From a virus (lineage: Duplodnaviria; Heunggongvirae; Uroviricota; Caudoviricetes): a DNA stretch of 6,206 nt. Of this stretch, positions 1 to 5,590 are shown piece by piece (within the stretch, counting starts at the first letter, position 1; each line of letters opens with the position of its first letter). Position numbers and translations under genes: made by a program. The notes under the pieces were generated by a model, which saw nothing but the letters and a program-made list of their open reading frames with translations, was not told where the DNA came from and made no database searches. The DNA lies in IMG/VR virus record IMGVR_UViG_2740892234_000011; one strand, 5' to 3'.

Positions 1-425
1 GGATGATGTCAATCATCCAGGCGGCCAGATTCTGTTGAGCAAGTTGATCCAGTGAATCAGATGTCTGCTCCCGCAGCTGGTTGTCGCAGTGCCAGCACAA
101 CACCATCGCGCCGGTACCGTAACGGTGAATGACGGTTTCGCTGTGATGATAATCACCGTGTAGCCACTGGCAGGATTTCACGTGACGTAATAACCAGTCA
201 GACAGTGCACCAGCGCCACCCGCAGCACGGATCACCCGCTCATCGCTGAAAAATGGCAGTAGTGATTTATCTTCCGCCAGCGGCTGGTGAACGGCAGGTA
301 CAACCCCGGACGGCAGAGCTCGCATGCTTTTTGGTTCCGGCTCCACCAGTATTCTGCCGTTATGGAATGCTGACATTGATTCACGGCCTGGCTTAACGAT
401 AACCAGACCGAGTTCCGGTACCAGA
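1..425 (-). CDS. Partial CDS, copy A: lambdoid-prophage protein, YdfU-like (possibly DUF968); C-terminal side runs off the window start, N-terminal side cut by the N-gap
   Basis: Own minus-strand translation is open from 425 to 1: LVPELGLVIVKPGRESMSAFHNGRILVEPEPKSMRALPSGVVPAVHQPLAEDKSLLPFFSDERVIRAAGGAGALSDWLLRHVKSCQWLHGDYHHSETVIHRYGTGAMVLCWHCDNQLREQTSDSLDQLAQQNLAAWMIDII. Not in the ORF track because it has no stop inside the window. YdfU/DUF968 label is a context-and-memory guess. Confidence 0.55.
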
Positions 426-435
426 NNNNNNNNNN

Positions 436-759
436 ATGTATGACAGTTTCGCTGTGATGATAATCACCATGAGGCCACTGGCAGGATTTAACGTGACGTA
501 ATAACCAGTCAGACAGTGCACCAGCGCCACCAGCAGCACGAATCACACGCTCATTGCTGAAAAATGGCAGTAATGATTTATCTTCCGCCAGCGGCTGGCG
601 AACGGCAGGAACGACCCCGGACGGCAGATTACGCATGCTTTTCGGTTCAGACTCCACCAGCACCCTGCCGCCATGAAATACCCGCATGGATTCACGGCCT
701 GGCTTAACGATAACCAGACCGAGTTCCGGTACCAGAACAGGTCGAAGTAATACCCGCAC
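436..759 (-). CDS. Partial CDS, copy B: N-terminal part of the same YdfU-like protein; GTG start at 757-759, 3' side cut by the N-gap
   Basis: Frame reads VRVLLRPVLVPELGLVIVKPGRESMRVFHGGRVLVESEPKSMRNLPSGVVPAVRQPLAEDKSLLPFFSNERVIRAAGGAGALSDWLLRHVKSCQWPHGDYHHSETVIH, a diverged copy of block A. GGAGG lies 4 nt upstream of the GTG. The 232..759 track ORF is a chimera across the gap. Confidence 0.5.
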
Positions 760-761
760 AT

Positions 762-869
762 TACCTCCAGATCCGTTGCTGGAATGTGCGGGACGGACGC
801 GGTGGCCGTTCGGAGTAAGGGAGCCTGACGGAGATTATCCAGTGACGGTAGTCGAGGCTAAGGGCTTTT
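762..869 (-). CDS. Partial CDS: C-terminal 35 codons of a second copy of the small Arg/Cys-rich prophage protein (compare 992..1270), 5' side cut by the N-gap
   Basis: Minus-strand translation KALSLDYRHWIISVRLPYSERPPRPSRTFQQRIWR then TAA at 762-764; near-identical to the C-terminus of the 992..1270 product. Confidence 0.4.
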
Positions 870-879
870 NNNNNNNNNN

Positions 880-990
880 CGGCTCCACCAGTACCCGGGT
901 ATTGTGGAATACCGGCATGGATTCACGGCCCGGCTTAACGATCACCAGCCCGAGTTCCGGTACCAGAACAGGTCGAAGTAATACCCGCAC
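880..990 (-). CDS. Partial CDS, copy C: N-terminal 37 codons of the YdfU-like protein, 3' side cut by the N-gap
   Basis: GTG at 988-990 one nt after the upstream stop, GGAGG 4 nt upstream; translation VRVLLRPVLVPELGLVIVKPGRESMPVFHNTRVLVEP matches copies A and B. Confidence 0.45.
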
Positions 991-991
991 G

Positions 992-1270
992 TTACCTCCA
1001 GATGCGTTGCTGGAATGTGCGGGACGGACGCGGTGGGCGTTCGGAGTAAGGAAGCCTGACGGAGATTATCCAGTGACGGTAGTCGAGGCTAAGGGCTTTT
1101 TTAACCTCGCATCCGCGCCTGCGGTAACACTGAATGAGCCATTCGGCCTGTTCTTCAGTGCATGGGGGATGCTGGTACCAGTCAGATTTGAATGCGTGAA
1201 AACACCGTCCGCGCCTGCTGGCAAAGACGGCAGAATCATCAGAATTGTATAATTTGGTATCGTGCGCCAT
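992..1270 (-). CDS. Small Arg/Cys-rich prophage protein, 92 aa, in the position rem occupies next to hokD in the K-12 Qin prophage; function unknown
   Basis: ATG at 1268-1270, TAA at 992-994: MAHDTKLYNSDDSAVFASRRGRCFHAFKSDWYQHPPCTEEQAEWLIQCYRRRGCEVKKALSLDYRHWIISVRLPYSERPPRPSRTFQQRIWR. The track's TTG start at 1351 is rejected because it sits inside the terminator hairpin. Weak SD, so coding status is not certain. Confidence 0.45.
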   Translation of the reverse strand: MAHDTKLYNSDDSAVFASRRGRCFHAFKSDWYQHPPCTEEQAEWLIQCYRRRGCEVKKALSLDYRHWIISVRLPYSERPPRPSRTFQQRIWR

Positions 1271-1342
1271 CGGTTGTCTCTGCTGGCGCAGCAGGTGCCA
1301 GTTGTTCAGGCTGGCGTGCGAATTGTAAACCAGAATGCCAGG

Positions 1343-1370
1343 AAAAAACAAAACCCGCCGAAGCGGGTTA
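1343..1370 (-). terminator. Rho-independent terminator on the minus strand, belonging to an orphan hok-mRNA 3' end copy
   Basis: Stem acccgc(1353-1358), loop cgaa, stem gcgggt(1363-1368); on the minus strand followed by UUUUGUUUUUU (plus 1343-1352). Confidence 0.55.
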
Positions 1371-1446
1371 AGTGCGGGTGCGTTGAGGATGCCTGATTCA
1401 TCAGAGGTGGCGAGGGATTTCTCCCCCGCCGGGTCTCTTACTCCTC
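1371..1446 (-). promoter_or_regulatory. Orphan copy of a hok mRNA 3' UTR (fbi-like stem-loop region), truncated by the N-gap at 1447
   Basis: About 90% identical by eye to 1799-1867 immediately 3' of the hok stop; the stem ggcgaggga/tcccccgcc has one mismatch relative to the perfect stem at 1840-1861. Confidence 0.45.
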
Positions 1447-1674
1447 NNNNNNNNNNATAAAGTATAAATAAACTGGTTCCAGTGTAAAGCCCCTACATTA
1501 ATGGAATAAAAGTCAAACAACAGATTGTTGGGATAAACACAACGCTTATTATTAAAAGCGATTAGATAAATTAAATTTTAATGTTATGCAATTTTACCAG
1601 ATCACCATAACATCTCGTTTGAAACCACCGAAACAACAACCATATCAATATTGATTATGTTAAAGTGAGTAAAT

Positions 1675-1761
1675 ATGGAAAACAACAAATCTGCACATTA
1701 CGCTCCTTTTTTATCTGTGATACTTTTTGTTTTATGCTGTGTGTGGGCATTATTTTTATAA
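1675..1761 (+). CDS. Hypothetical small hydrophobic peptide, 28 aa, possible small membrane protein
   Basis: ATG 1675 to TAA 1759-1761: MENNKSAHYAPFLSVILFVLCCVWALFL, with one predicted transmembrane helix; partial SD GTGAG 6-7 nt upstream. Sits in an AT-rich non-coding stretch, so chance occurrence is quite possible. Confidence 0.2.
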   Translation: MENNKSAHYAPFLSVILFVLCCVWALFL

Positions 1762-1772
1762 AAATATTTACA

Positions 1773-1798
1773 GATAAAATAAACCCGCCGAAGCGGGT
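1773..1798 (-). terminator. Rho-independent terminator of the hok mRNA
   Basis: Stem acccgc / gcgggt with cgaa loop (1783-1798), followed on the minus strand by UUAUUUUAU (plus 1773-1782). Confidence 0.6.
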
Positions 1799-1867
1799 TA
1801 AGTGCGGGTGCATTGAGGATGCCTGACACATCAGAGGTGGCGAGGGATTTCTCCCTCGCCGGGTCTC
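1799..1867 (-). promoter_or_regulatory. hok mRNA 3' UTR with fbi-like stem-loop
   Basis: Perfect 9-bp inverted repeat ggcgaggga-tttc-tccctcgcc at 1840-1861 immediately 3' of the hok stop, in the position of the fold-back-inhibition element of plasmid R1 hok mRNA. Confidence 0.5.
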
Positions 1868-2023
1868 TTACTCCTCAGGTTCGTAAGCTGTGAAGACAGC
1901 GACCTCCGTCTGGCCGGTTCGGATTCGTACCTCGCAGAGGTCTTTCCTCGTTACCAGTGCCGTCACTATGACGGTTAAACAGATGACGATCAGGGCGATT
2001 AACATCGCCTTTTGCTGCTTCAT
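1868..2023 (-). CDS. hokD: Hok/Gef-family type I toxin, 51 aa, HokD/RelF-like
   Basis: ATG 2021-2023, TAA 1868-1870: MKQQKAMLIALIVICLTVIVTALVTRKDLCEVRIRTGQTEVAVFTAYEPEE. Single TM helix plus conserved C-terminal RKDLCEV..TGQTEVAVF..YE as in Gef/HokC and HokD. SD AAGGAG 9 nt upstream. Family is certain; the hokD-versus-hokC paralog call is from memory. Confidence 0.85.
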   Translation of the reverse strand: MKQQKAMLIALIVICLTVIVTALVTRKDLCEVRIRTGQTEVAVFTAYEPEE

Positions 2024-2080
2024 AGCCTGCTTCTCCTTGCCTTTCGGCACGTAAGAGGCTAACCTACGTTTGTGAAGCAT
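1868..2080 (-). CDS. mok-like reading frame, 70 aa, in-frame N-terminal extension of hok
   Basis: ATG at 2078-2080 gives MLHKRRLASYVPKGKEKQA followed by the complete Hok sequence, the same arrangement as mokC/hokC in E. coli K-12. Confidence 0.5.
   Translation of the reverse strand: MLHKRRLASYVPKGKEKQAMKQQKAMLIALIVICLTVIVTALVTRKDLCEVRIRTGQTEVAVFTAYEPEE
2037..2065 (+). promoter_or_regulatory. Putative sok antisense promoter
   Basis: -35 TTGCCT (2037-2042), 17-nt spacer, -10 TAACCT (2060-2065), antisense inside the mok N-terminal codons. Arrangement mirrors what I recall of the R1 sok promoter; not verified. Confidence 0.4.
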
Positions 2081-2150
2081 AGATTGGGCCTCAGATTAAT
2101 GTTAAGCGTCTTGCAGGACGCGTAATGTTAACTGGGGCTTTTCTCTGTCT
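2072..2150 (+). ncRNA. Putative Sok-like antisense RNA, complementary to the hok leader and mok start; ends approximate
   Basis: Starts just downstream of the putative -10, is complementary to the mok start/SD region, and contains a hairpin gcgtc-ttgcag-gacgc (2106-2121). The 3' end is not defined and the N-gap begins at 2154. Confidence 0.3.
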
Positions 2151-2153
2151 GCC
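2081..2153 (-). promoter_or_regulatory. hok mRNA 5' leader (mok-proximal part), truncated by the N-gap
   Basis: Minus-strand sequence GGCAGACAGAGAAAAGCCCCAG...GCAAGGAGAAGCAGGCTATG is collinear with what I recall of the R1 hok leader. Confidence 0.5.
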
Positions 2154-2163
2154 NNNNNNNNNN

Positions 2164-2284
2164 CAAAGCATGAAATTGGCCTCAGATTAATGTTAAGCGT
2201 CTTGCCGGACGCGTAATGTTAACTGGGGCTTTTCTCTATCTGCCTTTTGGTGTTCATGCCTGAGGCAGATAGCCTCAAGCACCC
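2164..2284 (-). promoter_or_regulatory. hok mRNA 5' leader, second copy, including the 5'-terminal hairpins; begins at a mok ATG (2169-2171) at the gap edge
   Basis: Minus strand reads GGGTGCTTGAGGCTATCTGCCTCAGGCATGAACACCAAAAGGCAGATAG...: a 5' hairpin GAGGC/GCCTC and a long-range stem ctatctgcc/ggcagatag, matching the 5' end of R1 hok mRNA as I recall it. Differs from block D at two positions in the 67 nt they share. Confidence 0.55.
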
Positions 2285-2290
2285 GCAGCA

Positions 2291-2319
2291 ATTCTAACTA
2301 TCCAATAGATCAATGCCAA
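2291..2319 (-). promoter_or_regulatory. Promoter of the hok mRNA
   Basis: On the minus strand: -35 TTGGCA (plus 2314-2319), exact 17-nt spacer, -10 TAGAAT (plus 2291-2296), about 7 nt upstream of the inferred hok mRNA 5' end near 2284. Confidence 0.6.
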
Positions 2320-2671
2320 CTTCTTTTCCTGCAACATCTCTCATCATAAGTGACCCAAATTCATCCAATCAGCACAAAAGAAACATTTAAAGCGTGAATG
2401 CTACCGAACGTTCATTTCAATTACATCGTTTTGATTTTTAACAGTTTTCACCTCAACAAATCAAATGGCATTAGCATTCATCATGGAAGAAAGACTGATA
2501 AAAATGATCATTTTCAATGACTTATGATCACACCGGGTATTGCCAAGTCATTCCTTTTACGCCAGGATACCCACAAGTGAGTAGTCGAGGAGAGTTTGCC
2601 AATTTTTGCGATATAAATTTCAATGTCCGAAGAACCATTAATTGTTAATTGATTCTGTATAAGGTATTAAC

Positions 2672-3769
2672 ATGACAATTTCATATATTCCTATTCTGAA
2701 AGCGAAACGTTCTGAGTTATCAGCTTTATCGCAGCTATCCATTGAAAAGAAATCAAAAATTTTGCCATTACTCGAAATTGAACCAGTGCCAATTGACCCT
2801 GATTCAGGTATTGCCTTAAAGAGTTATAACGAGACTCTTATAGAGTTCGGAAAGAAAGTCTCAAAATCTTGCTCAGATATGCAAGGTGTTTATATTGATG
2901 GATTATTAATTGAAGAGCATTTTATTTCTCCTGAAGATCATTACCCTATAATAAATGCGGTTAATCAAGTTAGAGATATGGGGATAAGAGTTATTCCTGT
3001 CAGTTCACCAACTCGCCCATCTAACTATAAAAGAGCGATTGATGAATTAATGCAGAATGAAATATGCTTGAGATTAACCACGTTAGATCTGGTTAACCCA
3101 CAATTAATAACGCATTACATTAATCATCTGGGAATTCCTTTATCAAATATTGATATAATTATTGACTTAAGAGATGAGTTAACCGAGGATAAAATTAATT
3201 CCGGCGAACTATATACTTTGGCAATGGGATTGATAAACAATCTGGCGCACCTCAATGAATACAGAAAAGTGATTCTTTCTGGGGGTTCATTTCCTACAGA
3301 TCTCAGTGATATTTCTGTTGGTCTATATTCTCAACCTCGAATCGAGTGGATTTTATGGCAGAGTTTAATGAATAGAAAAGAACTTGCCAGAAATGTGATT
3401 TATAGTGATTATGGAGTACAGCACCCCGACTTTAATAGGCTTTCGACGCGATTCCCTAGCGTATCTGCCAGCGTCAGATACTCTGGAGATAATGACTTTT
3501 GGGTATTTCGAGGAAGAGTAGCTAATCGCTTTGGTTATGAACAATATGGTAAACATAGTGAGGATATTCTTGCTCATCGAGAATATTCAGGGCCTACATT
3601 CTGTGCGGGAGATAGAGACATAGAATATTATGCAAACGAGTATCAAGCCTACAAAGCCAATCCCTCTGGTAACTATAAATTTGGTAGCCCAGAGGTATGG
3701 CGTAGGATTGGGCAAAACCATCACATAACTAAGGTTGTTGAGCAACTCGCCACTCTTTACGGGCTTTAA
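2672..3769 (+). CDS. Hypothetical protein, 365 aa, no family confidently assigned; candidate component of a two-gene defence module
   Basis: Single long ORF, ATG 2672 is the first start after an in-frame TAA at 2660-2662, stop TAA 3767-3769; AAGG 7 nt upstream. AT-rich codon usage unlike the flanking genes. Soluble-looking, only 3 Cys, no obvious Walker, HNH, HEPN or PD-(D/E)xK motif. N-terminus MTISYIPILKAKRSELSAL. Confidence 0.85.
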   Translation: MTISYIPILKAKRSELSALSQLSIEKKSKILPLLEIEPVPIDPDSGIALKSYNETLIEFGKKVSKSCSDMQGVYIDGLLIEEHFISPEDHYPIINAVNQVRDMGIRVIPVSSPTRPSNYKRAIDELMQNEICLRLTTLDLVNPQLITHYINHLGIPLSNIDIIIDLRDELTEDKINSGELYTLAMGLINNLAHLNEYRKVILSGGSFPTDLSDISVGLYSQPRIEWILWQSLMNRKELARNVIYSDYGVQHPDFNRLSTRFPSVSASVRYSGDNDFWVFRGRVANRFGYEQYGKHSEDILAHREYSGPTFCAGDRDIEYYANEYQAYKANPSGNYKFGSPEVWRRIGQNHHITKVVEQLATLYGL

Positions 3770-4307
3770 GTTTAACTCGAACAGCTTCACGAAGCTCGCC
3801 AACATCCATACTATTGGCGAGTTTTGACCATAAGACGCGTTTAGGTTTATTTTTCAAATTCTGTAGCTCCCCTACATCACTTAATAGGGAAAGCAATTCA
3901 TCTTTCCAAAGAAGCATTGTTAAGGAAAGTTTGTCCACTTGTGGATTCAACTTGCTAGTTCGAATTGTTTTTAAATGGATACCTTGCCGTGCACCTTGCG
4001 TAACTTGCTTTATCCCCCACCATGATGGAACTATGCTTAAAGCATCATAAAGATGGCAATCAGAGACAACCAAAGTTACTTTATCCATCACTGATGAGTA
4101 ATGTTGCACCTGCGCTGGTAATCTGAGCAAGTTATCACTCTTGCTCTTCAACTCATAACCATGTATAAGCCCATTGATCACTGCTATATCAGCTCTGCTA
4201 GCCCCTAGATTCATCGTAAACTCATCAATGATTAGGGTGTCAGGATCTTTATGATGATCTCTCAGAATCTTGGCATGCACAGCCTTTCTTACATCAATGT
4301 CTCTCAT
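3729..4307 (-). CDS. Hypothetical protein, 192 aa, with a PD-(D/E)xK nuclease-like signature; candidate effector of a two-gene defence module
   Basis: ATG 4305-4307 is the first start after an in-frame TGA; stop TAG 3729-3731. N-terminal region ...TLIIDEF TMNLGASRADIAVINGLIHGYELKSKSD gives E29, D40, E52-x-K54 in alternating hydrophobic strands, typical of the restriction-endonuclease fold. The C-terminal half looks helical. The 3' end overlaps the 365-aa CDS by 41 bp. Confidence 0.8.
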   Translation of the reverse strand: MRDIDVRKAVHAKILRDHHKDPDTLIIDEFTMNLGASRADIAVINGLIHGYELKSKSDNLLRLPAQVQHYSSVMDKVTLVVSDCHLYDALSIVPSWWGIKQVTQGARQGIHLKTIRTSKLNPQVDKLSLTMLLWKDELLSLLSDVGELQNLKNKPKRVLWSKLANSMDVGELREAVRVKLKARKEWRVAQQP

Positions 4308-4612
4308 ACCATAGTTGCGCTTTCATCGACTCTCTCAAGCCATGATTCTATATCATGGTTCGCATGAATGCCATTTGATATGACCAGTGGTTAAACATTG
4401 CACAGAAAAGTGGATGTGTATTTTAACAAAAGCAATGACGGCTAACCATGTTGGTATGTCGATAAAATGTTTCAACGTAAGCATTATCTGTTCCGCCCTT
4501 TCAGACGGTCTCCTGATGTTCTGAGGGTGCAGAATCCCTCCGGTTAAGGATTTAATAAAAATCGTTTCTGATTTAAATCTTCAGTATTTAGTTGTTAGTC
4601 GGTTTATAGCCT

Positions 4613-4924
4613 TTATGCTTCGGCCTTATTTCGCAACCAGACACAAACCGGGCCATCTTCCGTATCATGAATGGAACCAATAAACCAGCCATCGCCCTCT
4701 GGTCGTTCCGGTTCCCATGCAGAAATATCAGCATCACACGCATCAAGGTCAGCACATCCTTCATCTCTGAAGCAGAGGACGTATTGAAGATTATTTTCCT
4801 CCATCCAGGCGTTAAACTCTTCCGTTGAAATATATTCCCGACCGTCACAGAATTTTTCATATTCAGGATGCGTCCAGCAGCCATATTCATCACGTACTAC
4901 TGGTGTTTCTTTAATTTCATTCAT
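4613..4924 (-). CDS. Hypothetical acidic prophage protein, 103 aa
   Basis: MNEIKETPVVRDEYGCWTHPEYEKFCDGREYISTEEFNAWMEENNLQYVLCFRDEGCADLDACDADISAWEPERPEGDGWFIGSIHDTEDGPVCVWLRNKAEA. Its start overlaps the stop of the upstream gene (4917-4924), and GC content is typical of the prophage backbone. Confidence 0.7.
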   Translation of the reverse strand: MNEIKETPVVRDEYGCWTHPEYEKFCDGREYISTEEFNAWMEENNLQYVLCFRDEGCADLDACDADISAWEPERPEGDGWFIGSIHDTEDGPVCVWLRNKAEA

Positions 4925-5171
4925 TTCTGTTCTCCCACGTTTTCAGACTTTCACCACAGAACGGACAAAATGAAACCCGAACTGGTAATTTAGAAAATTC
5001 ACCGGAACGCAACATCACAAAATCAGGACCGCGAGTTAAACTCTCATTCCAGATTTTGTATATCAGCAGACCTTTTCGCATCGTGTATTCAGCATCATGC
5101 TCAAGGGACTTTGCCAGTGCTGCACATGGTTCTATCTTGTTGCCATTAACCTGGCATTTTGATTCACTCAC
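4917..5171 (-). CDS. Hypothetical small Cys-containing prophage protein, 84 aa, possible zinc-ribbon
   Basis: MSESKCQVNGNKIEPCAALAKS...VSFCPFCGESLKTWENRNE with Cys at 6, 16, 69 and 72 (CPFC). Its start overlaps the Ren-like stop by 4 nt. Confidence 0.65.
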   Translation of the reverse strand: MSESKCQVNGNKIEPCAALAKSLEHDAEYTMRKGLLIYKIWNESLTRGPDFVMLRSGEFSKLPVRVSFCPFCGESLKTWENRNE

Positions 5172-5590
5172 CGCACCACCTCCTCAAAATTCCCCTGATA
5201 AAACGCCAGTACGCGCTGCATAACTTCGCTCTTCCGGCACTCGAGACAGATTATGTTCAGACGCCTGTCGTAGCGGCGTATTTCGCCATCTGGTAATGAC
5301 CAGATAAGGTCCGGATCAACCGCAGATGGTTTCTTCAGCTTTGCCCTTGAGAGTTTTTTGCGGGCATTTTGCCAGTCTTTACGAGCCTGTTCAGACGGGA
5401 ATAACCCGTAGCCAGAATTGTATACATCGCCACTGGCAACCAGCTCTCTGGCCAGAACGCTCATCAGATATCTTGTTGCCCCAGTTTTAGTTTCCAGTTG
5501 TCGTAACGTCTCGCGCCCACTCTGGCGTACGAGTTCAACAACCTGCCCTTTAATTTTTTCCCGCTCTTCTTGTGTAAAAACTTTTGCCAC
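5168..5590 (-). CDS. Lambda Ren-like protein, 140 aa
   Basis: GTG start 5588-5590 with AGGAGG 4 nt upstream. The C-terminus CLECRKSEVMQRVLAFYQG resembles the lambda Ren C-terminus FKECRQSAAMKRVLAVYG as I recall it, and ETKTGATRY resembles Ren AALTGATV. Position downstream of replication genes matches lambda ren. Confidence 0.7.
   Translation of the reverse strand: MAKVFTQEEREKIKGQVVELVRQSGRETLRQLETKTGATRYLMSVLARELVASGDVYNSGYGLFPSEQARKDWQNARKKLSRAKLKKPSAVDPDLIWSLPDGEIRRYDRRLNIICLECRKSEVMQRVLAFYQGNFEEVVR

Noticed and set aside
232-759. 175-aa minus-strand ORF from the track
   Set aside because: Chimera across the N-gap at 426-435: upstream of the gap it is the real YdfU-like frame, downstream it continues in the wrong frame of copy A. 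The real copy-A frame is the stop-free one running to position 1.
543-761. 72-aa minus-strand ORF (MCGYYFDLFWYRNSVWLS...) overlapping the YdfU-like gene out of frame
   Set aside because: Alternative frame of the same DNA; its product is Trp/Cys-rich and unprotein-like, while the other frame has a GGAGG-linked GTG start and is conserved in all three copies.
111-1100. Repeated blocks considered as a CRISPR array or genuine tandem repeat
   Set aside because: Repeat units are hundreds of bp long, diverged, coding, and separated by exact 10-N runs rather than unique spacers; this points to paralogous contigs, not CRISPR or tandem duplication.
686-1252. 188-aa plus-strand ORF from the track
   Set aside because: Runs through the N-gap at 870-879, is antisense to the minus-strand genes that show SD-linked starts and paralog conservation, and its product is low-complexity (Arg/Thr/Pro-rich).
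992-1351. Extended 119-aa version of the small Arg/Cys-rich gene starting at TTG 1349-1351
   Set aside because: The TTG lies inside the terminator hairpin and U-tract at 1343-1370; ATG at 1268-1270 is the more plausible start.
3365-4050. Three track ORFs (3365..3577 -, 3587..3805 -, 3814..4050 +) inside the cargo
   Set aside because: Each is embedded antisense within one of the two long cargo CDSs and has no start context; typical AT-rich shadow ORFs.
4308-4612. Promoter and terminator candidates in the spacer right of the cargo (TAGAAT on minus at 4345-4350; hairpin gaggg/ccctc at 4518-4538)
   Set aside because: The -35 partner is poor and the hairpin has no U-tract on either strand, so neither is reported as a feature; the nuclease gene promoter presumably lies here but cannot be placed.
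4588-4893. 101-aa minus-strand ORF overlapping 4613..4924 in another frame
   Set aside because: The 4613..4924 frame has its start overlapping the upstream stop and a plausible acidic protein product; the alternative frame lacks this.
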